The notes beneath the pieces were generated by a model. That model ran no database searches. It had not been told where the DNA came from and saw nothing but the letters and a program-made list of their open reading frames with translations. From a virus (lineage: Duplodnaviria; Caudoviricetes), in the IMG/VR virus record IMGVR_UViG_3300035135_000065, positions 1 through 33,442 of that record: DNA of 33,442 nucleotides, one strand, 5' to 3'. The position numbers and the translations under genes are program-made. Below are positions 6,999 to 17,501 of the stretch, piece after piece; the stretch's first letter is position 1, and every line of letters starts with the position of its first letter.

Positions 6999-7445
6999 TT
7001 AAATTAAAGGATTCAGAACTGGAACTGAACTCAGATTGTCTAGTGTTTCTTTTAGAGAATCTAATTCCATAGATTCAGTGATAATTTTATTATCAAAAGT
7101 AAAATAGTTTTGTGATGATGTGTTTGCTTTGAACATGATTCGCTTTTCATCTTCATCAAAGAAAACAAAAGCTAGAATATCGCAAGTGTAATGTTTGTAA
7201 GTTTCAGACATTGACCTTGAATTTTCAGCAGCAAAGATAAACTTCTTTTCTTTGGTTGCTCTTCTGCTTTTTACTTGCACTGTATATTTAGCTGAACCAA
7301 ATTCAACCATTAAATCAGCAGGATGTTTTTCTTGGGTTGGATAACAAAAGTCAGCGTATTCAAGCAAGAAGGTTTGAACTAATGATTCTCCTAATGCACC
7401 AAGTCTAGAATTAGCTTGATGTTGGTCTGATGTTTTTCTTGGCAC
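6999..7445 (-). CDS. PD-(D/E)XK endonuclease (free-standing)
   Basis: LGALGESLV...ADLMV...VQVKS...CDILAFV pattern. Confidence 0.75.
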   Translation of the reverse strand: MPRKTSDQHQANSRLGALGESLVQTFLLEYADFCYPTQEKHPADLMVEFGSAKYTVQVKSRRATKEKKFIFAAENSRSMSETYKHYTCDILAFVFFDEDEKRIMFKANTSSQNYFTFDNKIITESMELDSLKETLDNLSSVPVLNPLI

Positions 7446-7854
7446 TTTTACACAAAGCTAGTTTTCTTGAATTCCTAGCTGCCCTATTTGGTGTTTGAAC
7501 TGCATACTTACTTCTTAATACTTCCTCTGATGCTTCTAACCAACAACCCATCTCCATCAGAGCTCGTGTTTGTCTAAAATTCATAAATCCTGTTATACCC
7601 ATTTGAAAAGCACAATCTATACATACTTCTTGAGCAAGTGGTGGAAAAGTTCGCCATACTTCCCATACCTTATCTAAATTATCTACTACTCTTTGTATAT
7701 CATTCTCAAGCATAAACATAGCTTCTTCTTCTGATATACCATTAGCTTCAAGATTACGACCTACACCAATTGATAATTTGTTAGCACTACAATGATAAGG
7801 AGTACATACTAACCCTTCATTCTTGATTAGCATTTCTTTAATGTTGTCGTACAT
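7411..7854 (-). CDS. endolysin, T4-type/GH24 lysozyme
   Basis: NEGL..TPY....LSIGVGRNL, FQMG, SKYAVQTPNRA. Confidence 0.9.
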   Translation of the reverse strand: MYDNIKEMLIKNEGLVCTPYHCSANKLSIGVGRNLEANGISEEEAMFMLENDIQRVVDNLDKVWEVWRTFPPLAQEVCIDCAFQMGITGFMNFRQTRALMEMGCWLEASEEVLRSKYAVQTPNRAARNSRKLALCKSAKKNIRPTSS

Positions 7855-8225
7855 TATTTTGTTAATCCTTTAGTTTTTTCATAACTTCTCATACCACCCA
7901 ATCCTAACATACCCATTAATACAGGTAGCATAGTAGAAGTATCTGCTTGTGGTACATCAATGCCAAATGGTGCTAATAAAGGACTAATGAGAAAGTTTAC
8001 TGCAAAACCTGCAACACATACCCAAGCTGTTGCTGGTCTCCAAGATGATTGAAACCAGTTACCTTTAGCTTCTTCTTTGTTTACTTCTATTTGTGCTTTT
8101 GCAATCTCATGGATATGCTTTTGCGACATAGTAGCAAGTTCATAAGCTATCTGCTGTTTTGTATCAGCATCAGGAATAAATTTATCTAGGATTTTGCTGA
8201 TAGGTTGAATAAGTTTGTCTATCAT
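7854..8225 (-). CDS. holin (3TM/GTA-type)
   Basis: SSWRPATAWVC and LMGMLGLGGMRSYEK; transmembrane segments; adjacent to lysozyme. Confidence 0.85.
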   Translation of the reverse strand: MIDKLIQPISKILDKFIPDADTKQQIAYELATMSQKHIHEIAKAQIEVNKEEAKGNWFQSSWRPATAWVCVAGFAVNFLISPLLAPFGIDVPQADTSTMLPVLMGMLGLGGMRSYEKTKGLTK

Positions 8226-8238
8226 AAATTGATGTTTG

Positions 8239-8439
8239 TTAGATTAAACCTCTAACGATAATAGTAATTAAGGATGCAACTATTGTTGTAAGACCGCCTA
8301 ATAGCCAAAGTTTCATACTATTTATTGATGCTTGTAAATCATCAGTTTTTCTATAAATAGTTTTCCACCTTTCTTCGCACATTTTTTCATGGACTCTTAA
8401 ATCTGAATGTACGTCATTAGCGGTCTTTCTAGCTGGCAT
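8239..8439 (-). CDS. small membrane-anchored lysis-module protein (XhlA-like)
   Basis: HEKMCEERW coiled coil plus C-terminal transmembrane helix. Confidence 0.65.
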   Translation of the reverse strand: MPARKTANDVHSDLRVHEKMCEERWKTIYRKTDDLQASINSMKLWLLGGLTTIVASLITIIVRGLI

Positions 8440-8694
8440 TTATTTTTCCTCTTCTACCTCAGCTTCAACATTAATAGCTCTATCAAATGATTCAATCACT
8501 AAGTTTTTGTATTCATTAGTAATAACATAATCATCATAGAACTCTTGAAGTCTAGCTAGTTTTTTACCAGCTACATTTAATTTAGCAGCTAAAGCCATTT
8601 GCTCTTCGTTTAAATCAGAAGCTCTGTATTCAGTGCCATTATATGTAATTATTACTGGTTCTTGGTTTTCCATCTTATTATCTTCTTTACTCAT
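8440..8694 (-). CDS. hypothetical protein (tail-fibre-associated, coiled coil)
   Basis: AGGAGAG RBS; ITYNGTEY..SDL.EEQ motif. Confidence 0.7.
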   Translation of the reverse strand: MSKEDNKMENQEPVIITYNGTEYRASDLNEEQMALAAKLNVAGKKLARLQEFYDDYVITNEYKNLVIESFDRAINVEAEVEEEK

Positions 8695-8732
8695 TTAACT
8701 CTCCTATAAGTTTATTTTAATTAAATTATATA

Positions 8733-9044
8733 CTAAGAAGCTAGCGTTTTTGTAATAGAAGTTGGATTTTTTTGCTCTTCTATTTGTGCATCTAAACTTG
8801 CTTCTAAATTAGCAACTTCTTCTTCACCCATAGCATCAATAACCCAACCTTTTACTATATCTGCTGTTACATCAGCAAATGCAGTAAAGTCTGATAAATC
8901 AGATGTATCTATTGTTTGTGTACCATAAGCGTGTCCTGAGCATTCTCCATCTACTTTTGATACTGACCAATGCACGTTATAAATAACGTCATCGTGTCCT
9001 TCTTCGTGTGGATGTACGTCCACTGTGTTTACATTCCATTCCAT
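8733..9044 (-). CDS. tail-fibre-associated protein
   Basis: DVIYNVHW...FADVT...VKGWV pattern; AAGGAG RBS; directly after the fibre gene. Confidence 0.7.
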   Translation of the reverse strand: MEWNVNTVDVHPHEEGHDDVIYNVHWSVSKVDGECSGHAYGTQTIDTSDLSDFTAFADVTADIVKGWVIDAMGEEEVANLEASLDAQIEEQKNPTSITKTLAS

Positions 9045-9061
9045 TTTATTCTCCTTTTAAG

Positions 9062-12000
9062 TTAAATTGATGCAATAATAAATGCTAAGAGTTCAGAATA
9101 TCTAACTCCTAACCTAGTTTTTTCTTCTCCTGTTTCTTCGTCAGTCCAAGTGCTGCTAATAAACATAGCATAGTCACCTGCATCTAATCCTTCAGCAGTA
9201 AAAGCATCTTGTAAATCTTGAGCTATGATTCCAAAGTGGATTCTAGCTTCGTCAGCTTTTTCTTCAACAGCAGACTGCCATCTGAACTTTCTGAGTAATC
9301 CTTTAGCTGCAACAGCTACTCTAGTTTCTGCATCTGTTAATTCTGCTATGTCTTGTTTTTCATTCCTGTCAGAAGTCTGAATAGTTCCATTGGTAGCATA
9401 GATATCTTTAAATCTAGCTAAAGAACCACCCAAATCTCTAGTGCCATCTGAACTATTACCTGAACTATCTGCTGGGACAACATTTGTGCTTAAAAGTCGT
9501 AATCCCATGCCGCCTTGACCAGCTATATAAATATGTCCACCATTAGCACCAATAGCTCCAACTTCTGAACCTTCTTTTCTAAATACTGCTATATCACCAT
9601 CATTAGCTTGTCTATTTAACTGTAGTGGTGCGGCTCTACGAGAAACAAAAGCAGTACCATTTGCAGCACCACCTATTGATGCACCCATAAATCTTGTGGT
9701 TGCACCACCATCTGCATCGTCATATCCACCATCGGTTATTGTAGTTCCAACAAGCAGATTTCCTGAGCTGTCTATTCTTGCTCTTTCTGTATTTGATGTG
9801 CTGAATCTTAAATTTCCAGCTTCGTAGTTTACTATTAAACTATCTGAGCCACTTTGCTCTAATAGGAAACCATCTGTTATTCCTGTACCTGTTGTTGAAT
9901 TTTGCAACCTAATAGCTGTATCTGAAGCTGAATATATGTGTAAAGGTTTTGAAGGACTAACTCCAATTCCTAAATTTCCTGAGCTATCCAGTCGCATTTT
10001 TTCACCAGCATTACTGTTGTTGGAGTTTGTTGTATAAAATCTTATTTCAGAACCACCATCAGCACCCCTCATACTTATTGATGCATGAGATTTGCCTGTA
10101 TTTACAAAAGAACCAGTATTAGGATTTCTTTGTGTATTTAACTGTAAAGATGTACCATCAAAATCTACAAAACCAGCACTAGATGTTCCACCAATTTGAA
10201 TCTCACCAGTGCTAGCAATACGCATTCTTTCTATGCCGCCAGTTTGCAAAGCAAGACTATTATTAGTTGCGTTAATTCTTGCAACTCCTGTTCCTGTATT
10301 TGTTAGGTTAATTCTTGCACCAATGTTAGTTCCAACAGCAGTTAATCTTAATATATCGTCATAACCACTTTGTCCTGTGATATCTAACTGATAACCTGTT
10401 CCAGCAGTAGTTCCAATTCCAAGACCACCTGCTGAATTAATTCTCATTCTTTCTGTTTGTGATGAAATATCAGCGTTTCCAGTTGTAAACGTAATGCCAT
10501 CGTAGCCACCAAGATTTAAGTAGTTTCCTGTTCCTGCATACGCTCCAGCCGCTCCACGCCAAATACCTACATTAGCTCCTGTAGAAGCAATATCGCCTAA
10601 AGAAAGTAAGCCACGACCATTGTCATCACCTAGCTTTGCATTACCATCAACCTGTAATGTAGTAGAAGATTTAAGAGTTACTGGACTAGTCGTACCAATT
10701 CCTAAATTTCCTGAACTATCAAGTCTCATTTTTTCAGAACTGCCTATTGTAGATGAATTATTAAATGTTAAATGACCGCCTGTTATGTTTGCTACATTCC
10801 AGTAACCTGAACCATCATCAGGAGTAAGTATTAATCCATAATCAGTTCCGCCACCAAAACCACCAACCATGATGTTACCACCACGAACATCTAATTTATT
10901 GCCTGAGAAAACTGAGGTTGTGCCTATGGCTAAATTTCCTGAGCTGTCCAGTCTCATTCGTTCTGCACCATTGTTTGCAAACTGAAGTGAATCGCCTGAA
11001 AGATTTATATAGTTTGTTGTATCGTGGAAATATATAGTTCCAGCACTTGAGCCATTGTCGACTAAAATACTTCCACCATAAACATGAAGTTTTTGACTTG
11101 GCGAAGTTGTTCCTATGCCTAAATTTCCACTTGATGTAATACCAGCTTTAACTGAACCATTGTACATAAAATACAGGTCATCGTTGGTATTTGAAAATGT
11201 AGCTTGTAAATCCCAGTAATTAGTATCTGCTTGCAATCTATATACTGGATTATTGCCTGCACCACTTGTTTTATTTGTTATTACTGGATTGCCTGAACCA
11301 TCAAGTAAAATATTACCACTTGATGTTAACCCATCAGCAACAACTGTACCTGTTACGTCTACACCTGTAGAATTTACTGTTAATCTTGTTGAACTAGCAT
11401 CAGATGTTTGAACTCTAAAATCATTAGCTCGCATCATTAATGCACCAGTAGCATTGTAGATTATGCTATCTGATGCGTTATGGAAAATCTGTAAATCTTG
11501 AGAATTACCAAATCTAATAGCATTGTTATCAGGAATATTTACATCAGCAAATTGCGAAATACCTGATGCAACTATTGCATCATTAAAAGTAGCCTTACCT
11601 GCTTCTGACATATCAAGTCTAAGAGCTTGAACTGTAGAACCACCATCATTACCTTGAAATACTATATCTTTATCTTCACTGTTAGCTGTTATATACCAAT
11701 CACCGCCAACATTTGAGTAAGTTGCAATAGTTGTACCTGCATCCTTAAATCTAAAGTCACCACCATCTGCATCTAAAGCTATGTCACCTGCTGCATCTAT
11801 AGTTAAATCTGTATTACTATCTATTTCTGTTCCATCAATAGTTATATTGTCTACTGTAAGTCCATCAGAAGTTATCGTACCTGTTACGTCTACACCTGTT
11901 GAAGTTGTAGCTAATTTTTCTGAGCCTGCATAATGTATAGTTACTGCTCCATCTTGAACAGCATTTAACATATAACCGCCACCATACTTTTCTAAAAGTA

Positions 12001-14272
12001 TTTGACTACCTCTAATTACTAATCCACCAGTTCCAGTATCATCAATTCTGCTATGACCACCACTAGCATCATGGTATATCTGTAAATCTGAACCAGCTCC
12101 AAAGATAGCTTTGTCACTATCAGCAAATAATATGTTATTGCCATTAGATGCTAAATCACCACCAAGCTGAGGAGTTGTATCTTCTACAACATTGTTAATA
12201 GAAACAGCTTGTACTCTTGCATCAGTGTAATAAAGGTTAGAGCCTTCAGCTAAATCGCCAGTATCGTGATTAGATAAGCTAGAAACTGTACCTGTAACTG
12301 TTCCAGTAACATTACCTTCTAAATTAGCAACTAAAGTACCAAGTGAATTAAGTGTAATATTTCCTGTAGAAGTACCATCTGCTGTTGTTAATCCTAATGT
12401 GAATTTATCAACAGATTCATCCCACATAAAGATACCATTATCAGCAGTACCTCTATTAATAAGCATACCTGAATCATTTACAGGACTACCTGTTAATCCT
12501 GCATTAAGCTGGAATAAGTTATCTTCTATATCTAGGTTAGTAGTATCAAGAGATGTTAGTGTTCCATTAACTGTTAAATTACCTGCTACTGTTAAGCTAT
12601 CTGCAATTTGCACGTCATCAGGTAGTGTTAGTGTTACATCTGCAGACTCACTTCCACTACCTGTAACAGTGATTTTATTAGCAGTTCCAGTAATTGTTTG
12701 AATATAGTTACCAACTGTATCAGTTCCAAGTGTTACTGAATTAGCATCTACACTTGATGCTTGTATTCCTAATGCATCAACAAATGCTTTAGTTACCCTT
12801 GCATCTATAGCTGCATTAGCTCTTGTGGTTGTGTAATATAAATTTGTACCTTCTGTTAAATCAGAAGTTGTTTTGTTACCAAATGCAGAATCAAATCTTG
12901 CAGTTGTGTAATATAAATTTGTTAATCCTTCACTTAAATCATCAGTATCTTTTGCGGTGAAAGCTGAATCAAATCTAGCTGATGTGTAATATAAATTAGT
13001 GCCTTCTGCTAAATCACTTGTAGACTTAGTTGCAAGTCTAGTATCAAAATCTGAATTTGCTCTAGCACTTGTGTAATATAAATTAGTACCTTCTGTTAAA
13101 TCACCTGTATCTTTGGTAGCTAATCTTGTATCAAAATCTGTATTTGCTCTTGTGGTTGTATAGTAAAGATTAGTATTTTCAACAACTATAGAAGTATCAA
13201 GTGTTGATGTAACTGCTTGATTAGAGCCATTACCTATAAATATCTTACCATCATCTAGGTTAGGCGTAGCATTACTTCTACCAGCACCACCTACTTTAAT
13301 TGAACCAGCACTTGCATGACTTCTTTGAACCTTACCTATGTTTTGTATTTGTGATGATTCGCCTGTTGGAGCTGTAGTTGTATAAGAACCTGCTGTTGTA
13401 GATACATATAATACTTGTCCTACTGATACACCTGAAGTATCTAATCCTGATATTGTTCCAAAAGTGACTACTTGTAATGCAGCATTATCATTAGCATCAC
13501 TTAATGCAAAACCAAAAGCAGGCATTTTAGAAGTATCATCTGCTTTAGCTTGAGCTACTGTAGGCGTATTACCACTAACACCTGAAATATAAACTACATC
13601 ACCTTTTGATAAAGCACCATCAGCTTTTGCACTAAATCTAACACCACCTTCGATATCTCCTATAAATTCATCAGTTGCAGTAATAGTATTAAAAGTAACA
13701 TCATCAGTCGTAGCTACAGCTTGTCCTATAGCAATACTAGGAGTAGAACCTTCACCAGTTCCACCTGTTACTGTTACCCCAGTTCCACCTGACATAGATT
13801 CAACATAATCACCAGTTGTATCAGTACCTAAAGCAATAGAATCAATTTGTGCTGTAGTTGTAATAGTAATATCACCACTACCATCAAAAGAAGCTGAACC
13901 TGCAACATCTCCTGATAAAGATATGGTTCTTGCAGTTGCAAGTGTAGTAGCTGTATCTGCATTACCTGTTAAGTCTCCAGTGACATTACCTGTAACATTA
14001 CCTGTTAGATTACCAGTAACATTACCTGTTAAGTCACCTGTAAGTATGTTCGATGTAGTAATACTTATACCTGTAGTAATCCAAGCACTATCAGTACCAT
14101 TTCTTATTTTTAATACATTACTTGATGTATCTACCCATAATTGATGGGCATAAGTGGTTGATGGTTCAGTTGCACCACTATTTGTAGTTGCAATAGCTCC
14201 TAAAGCATTGTTTAAATCTGCTCTAAAGTCTGCACCTGACTGGTTTGCTATGTTGTAATCGTGTTGTGCCAT
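9062..14272 (-). CDS. long tail fibre with C-terminal peptidase S74 intramolecular chaperone
   Basis: Gly/Thr/Ser-rich repeats (GNVTG; DLxEGTNLYYT; RMRxDSSGNLGIGT); cleavage site TIQTSDRNEK; HFGIIAQD; GVRYSEL. Confidence 0.92.
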   Translation of the reverse strand: MAQHDYNIANQSGADFRADLNNALGAIATTNSGATEPSTTYAHQLWVDTSSNVLKIRNGTDSAWITTGISITTSNILTGDLTGNVTGNLTGNVTGNVTGDLTGNADTATTLATARTISLSGDVAGSASFDGSGDITITTTAQIDSIALGTDTTGDYVESMSGGTGVTVTGGTGEGSTPSIAIGQAVATTDDVTFNTITATDEFIGDIEGGVRFSAKADGALSKGDVVYISGVSGNTPTVAQAKADDTSKMPAFGFALSDANDNAALQVVTFGTISGLDTSGVSVGQVLYVSTTAGSYTTTAPTGESSQIQNIGKVQRSHASAGSIKVGGAGRSNATPNLDDGKIFIGNGSNQAVTSTLDTSIVVENTNLYYTTTRANTDFDTRLATKDTGDLTEGTNLYYTSARANSDFDTRLATKSTSDLAEGTNLYYTSARFDSAFTAKDTDDLSEGLTNLYYTTARFDSAFGNKTTSDLTEGTNLYYTTTRANAAIDARVTKAFVDALGIQASSVDANSVTLGTDTVGNYIQTITGTANKITVTGSGSESADVTLTLPDDVQIADSLTVAGNLTVNGTLTSLDTTNLDIEDNLFQLNAGLTGSPVNDSGMLINRGTADNGIFMWDESVDKFTLGLTTADGTSTGNITLNSLGTLVANLEGNVTGTVTGTVSSLSNHDTGDLAEGSNLYYTDARVQAVSINNVVEDTTPQLGGDLASNGNNILFADSDKAIFGAGSDLQIYHDASGGHSRIDDTGTGGLVIRGSQILLEKYGGGYMLNAVQDGAVTIHYAGSEKLATTSTGVDVTGTITSDGLTVDNITIDGTEIDSNTDLTIDAAGDIALDADGGDFRFKDAGTTIATYSNVGGDWYITANSEDKDIVFQGNDGGSTVQALRLDMSEAGKATFNDAIVASGISQFADVNIPDNNAIRFGNSQDLQIFHNASDSIIYNATGALMMRANDFRVQTSDASSTRLTVNSTGVDVTGTVVADGLTSSGNILLDGSGNPVITNKTSGAGNNPVYRLQADTNYWDLQATFSNTNDDLYFMYNGSVKAGITSSGNLGIGTTSPSQKLHVYGGSILVDNGSSAGTIYFHDTTNYINLSGDSLQFANNGAERMRLDSSGNLAIGTTSVFSGNKLDVRGGNIMVGGFGGGTDYGLILTPDDGSGYWNVANITGGHLTFNNSSTIGSSEKMRLDSSGNLGIGTTSPVTLKSSTTLQVDGNAKLGDDNGRGLLSLGDIASTGANVGIWRGAAGAYAGTGNYLNLGGYDGITFTTGNADISSQTERMRINSAGGLGIGTTAGTGYQLDITGQSGYDDILRLTAVGTNIGARINLTNTGTGVARINATNNSLALQTGGIERMRIASTGEIQIGGTSSAGFVDFDGTSLQLNTQRNPNTGSFVNTGKSHASISMRGADGGSEIRFYTTNSNNSNAGEKMRLDSSGNLGIGVSPSKPLHIYSASDTAIRLQNSTTGTGITDGFLLEQSGSDSLIVNYEAGNLRFSTSNTERARIDSSGNLLVGTTITDGGYDDADGGATTRFMGASIGGAANGTAFVSRRAAPLQLNRQANDGDIAVFRKEGSEVGAIGANGGHIYIAGQGGMGLRLLSTNVVPADSSGNSSDGTRDLGGSLARFKDIYATNGTIQTSDRNEKQDIAELTDAETRVAVAAKGLLRKFRWQSAVEEKADEARIHFGIIAQDLQDAFTAEGLDAGDYAMFISSTWTDEETGEEKTRLGVRYSELLAFIIASI

Positions 14273-14291
14273 AATATCTACCTATTATATG

Positions 14292-17200
14292 TTAATTCTC
14301 TAAATCTTGTATTCTTTGCTCTAATTCTTGTATTGCTTTAATTAATATGCTAATTAATTCAGTATATCGTAAACCATACTTATATTCTCCTGTTCCTTGA
14401 TTGTTTGTATCAAGAATTTCACCTTTAATATAAGGAGCAAAATCAGATGTATTTATGTTGTTATTATCTAGTACAGTCTTAACTTCTTGAGCTATAAGAC
14501 CATAATGTGTTCTGTTAGAATCACCATCAGTTAATGTATATTTTCTTGGAGTTAGTTGTGATACAAAACTTAATCCTAAATCTGAATCAGCTATATTAGA
14601 TTTATCATTAGCATCAGAAGTTTGTATTGTTCCATTTGTGGCATATACATCATCCCATCTATTATTTAATCTACCTAAATCATTTGAATTATCTGCTAAT
14701 GGTGAAAATGAATCATTAGTACCACCCATATAAATAGAACCAGTACCAGTAAACCATAGACCATGATTAGCTGATGTGGGTATGCCACTTGAAAATGTCA
14801 TACTATATGGGTCATTACCCATTAAAATAAAGAAATCTTTATCAGAATCATCTGATGGGCATAATATTCTTAATGGGTCACTACCACCTGTAACACTATC
14901 TGATAACTCAGAAAATAAACCTGCTTGACCTGTAGCAGTAATATTTTGAGATAAATATTTACCTCTTGTTGTAACTGAGTTAGCAACAACATTACCTGAA
15001 GTATCAACAGTAAAGTTTCCTGAACCTATATTTATACTACCACCAGTAATACTACCTAAGTCTGCTGATATAGATGATAGGTTACTAACATTCATTTCTG
15101 TTGCAGTTATTGTATTAGCAGCTATATTATCTGCAACTATAGTATTAGTTGCTATGTTAGCTGATGTAATTGTACTTGCTGCTATCTCTGATGCAGTAAT
15201 GGTATTTGCTACAATTTCTGTAGCTGTTACTGAATTGGCTGCAATACTATCTTGATTTACAGCATCAGTAGCTATCAAAGCATTTGTTACAGCATCATCA
15301 ATAATCTTAGCTGTAGTTACTGCATCATCTGCTAATTTATCTGTTGTTATTGCACCATCTGCAATATCTGCTGCAACTGTTGGCTCATCTGCAACAGTAA
15401 ATGTTCCTGTTGCTGGAAATCTTGCTGCTGATGATTCACTTCCCAATACATTTAATGAAGTAATATTAGCGACATAAGAACCTTTAGGTATAAAGTTTAA
15501 ATCTACAGAAGTTACATCTACTATTCTATTTAAAACCTGATTATCTGAATCATCTACAATATTAACTCTATATTGATAATCAGGAAAATCTGTTGGCTCA
15601 TCCCAAGATAAAAAAGGTCTATTAATTGCACTTGCATCTGTATCAGTAAAAGTTATATTAGTTGGAGCTTTAACTGCATAAGCAGAAGGTAAATCAGCTA
15701 AATCTTCTAGAGGTTCTTGCGGTGGAGTCTCCCAAGTATATACATCAAAATATTCTATTAGACTAACTGCAACTAAACCATCTGACTGTAGTTCTAATGC
15801 TTCAACTCTGCACGTTTGTGATGTATCAAAAGTACCAGCATAATTTAATGTAACTATGTCTCCTACATTAAGTTTATACATTTCAGGAGTACCTAAGAAC
15901 TGTATAGTCTTTTGTTTTCTACTTCTTACAAGAATAGCTTTACCCATGTTGTAAGCTATATATGGGTCTGATACATAAGGAAATTCAGCTTTAATTTCTA
16001 ATATTTCATCATTATCATCTGAGTAATATTCAGGACTTGCATCATGTAAAACTGTAACTGTATCTAATTCGTATTTTTTATTAGCGTTAAAGAATTCAAC
16101 AATAACCTTATTTGCTTTTTTATCTTTATTACCATAATCAACTGATATTCCTGCATCAGCAATAATATGGTCATCAGTAATAGTAAAAGTAGAAGAACCT
16201 GAATCTTCTATTTGTAATTCATATTTACCATCAATATATAGAAAAATACCTCTCATATTAGCAAGAAGTTCTTTAGCATTTTCCATAACAGTTTTATTAG
16301 TATCAACTAAACCATGACAATGAAATCTTCTTACTTTTGCTAAAGCTGTACCTGTTTGTTCGGCATAAGTTGCTGACAAAGTACCTGCAAAATAAATTTG
16401 CAATTTAACACCTTGACCATAAAAATGTGTTCTTTCAACTGCTGTTATTGCTTTTGAGTTTATTGCAATATTTCCACTTGAATCTTCTAAGGTAAATAAT
16501 TCACCTACTTTGTTTTGCCACCAGTGTAAACCACCTGACCCTGAAGCAGGTACAAGAATAAAGTTAGAGCCTGAAGTACCACTCCAAGTAAATGATTTCT
16601 CTACGCCATTATAATAAGGGTTATGTTGTAAAGCATCTGCTGTAGTTGCTGCGGTACCAAATGTTGTTAAGTTAAGTTGTGATGCAGTTAATCCCTTACC
16701 ATATTCATTATTACTAATAAAATCTAAAAAACATAAAGATGGATTATCTGACCATTCATAAGTAGATGTATCACCAAATGTTTGACCTGAATCTCTTGGG
16801 TCATAAACTTTTCTACCTCTAACTTGTACTGTTAATTGTGGCACTCCTGACCACATACCATGTCTTTCCCATTGATAATGTGCTGCTATATAAGCTATAC
16901 CATCTAATCTATGATTTGATGTCCAATTAGTCATAGAAGCTACTAACATTGGGTCTGCTGTTTGACTTGCTGCTCCATGATGACAATTTAAAACGTATCT
17001 ATATTGCCCAGCAGGATTTGTACCAAAACCACCAGCACCAGCATTTATGACTGTTGCACCATTTTGTGAAGCTGTATTTAATGAGCCTGCACCTGAAGAT
17101 ATTTTATCTGAACCAACATAACCACCCTCTTTAAATCTTGCGTTATCAGTTATTAAATTGCCGTCTAATTCTATTGTTCTTTCTATGATTTCTTCACACT

Positions 17201-17501
17201 CACCAAGAGCTAAAGCATAGACAACATATAAATCTCTTGAATCATTATTATGTGTATCCATGTAGATAACTTGAGCACCAACTCTTCGTGTTCCATAAAT
17301 AATAGGTATTTTGCCACCAGCAGCAGTTTTATTAGCCAAGATATCTTGACCTTGAGCCATCATCTGTCTAGCTTGTAAATAGCCTTTTACACCAACTGCA
17401 AGAGTAGCTATATTAAAGACTGTATATATTGTTTGTAGAGCTTTACTGCCCTCATAAACACCTTTTGCCCATTTAAAAAATGCAAATATTTTATCAAGCA
17501 T
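14292..17501 (-). CDS. tail tip/central fibre (gpJ-like host specificity protein) with C-terminal S74 chaperone
   Basis: IPIIYGTRRVG, VRGRKVYDPR, WSDNPSLC, FN3-like region, 10-aa IAANTITA repeats, TIQTSD...HYGLIAQEV...LRYTELI. Confidence 0.88.
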   Translation of the reverse strand: MLDKIFAFFKWAKGVYEGSKALQTIYTVFNIATLAVGVKGYLQARQMMAQGQDILANKTAAGGKIPIIYGTRRVGAQVIYMDTHNNDSRDLYVVYALALGECEEIIERTIELDGNLITDNARFKEGGYVGSDKISSGAGSLNTASQNGATVINAGAGGFGTNPAGQYRYVLNCHHGAASQTADPMLVASMTNWTSNHRLDGIAYIAAHYQWERHGMWSGVPQLTVQVRGRKVYDPRDSGQTFGDTSTYEWSDNPSLCFLDFISNNEYGKGLTASQLNLTTFGTAATTADALQHNPYYNGVEKSFTWSGTSGSNFILVPASGSGGLHWWQNKVGELFTLEDSSGNIAINSKAITAVERTHFYGQGVKLQIYFAGTLSATYAEQTGTALAKVRRFHCHGLVDTNKTVMENAKELLANMRGIFLYIDGKYELQIEDSGSSTFTITDDHIIADAGISVDYGNKDKKANKVIVEFFNANKKYELDTVTVLHDASPEYYSDDNDEILEIKAEFPYVSDPYIAYNMGKAILVRSRKQKTIQFLGTPEMYKLNVGDIVTLNYAGTFDTSQTCRVEALELQSDGLVAVSLIEYFDVYTWETPPQEPLEDLADLPSAYAVKAPTNITFTDTDASAINRPFLSWDEPTDFPDYQYRVNIVDDSDNQVLNRIVDVTSVDLNFIPKGSYVANITSLNVLGSESSAARFPATGTFTVADEPTVAADIADGAITTDKLADDAVTTAKIIDDAVTNALIATDAVNQDSIAANSVTATEIVANTITASEIAASTITSANIATNTIVADNIAANTITATEMNVSNLSSISADLGSITGGSINIGSGNFTVDTSGNVVANSVTTRGKYLSQNITATGQAGLFSELSDSVTGGSDPLRILCPSDDSDKDFFILMGNDPYSMTFSSGIPTSANHGLWFTGTGSIYMGGTNDSFSPLADNSNDLGRLNNRWDDVYATNGTIQTSDANDKSNIADSDLGLSFVSQLTPRKYTLTDGDSNRTHYGLIAQEVKTVLDNNNINTSDFAPYIKGEILDTNNQGTGEYKYGLRYTELISILIKAIQELEQRIQDLEN

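Noticed and set aside
9062-17501. Diversity-generating retroelement or invertible fibre cassette
   Set aside because: No reverse transcriptase, invertase, adenine-variable TR/VR pair or inverted fibre segment seen.
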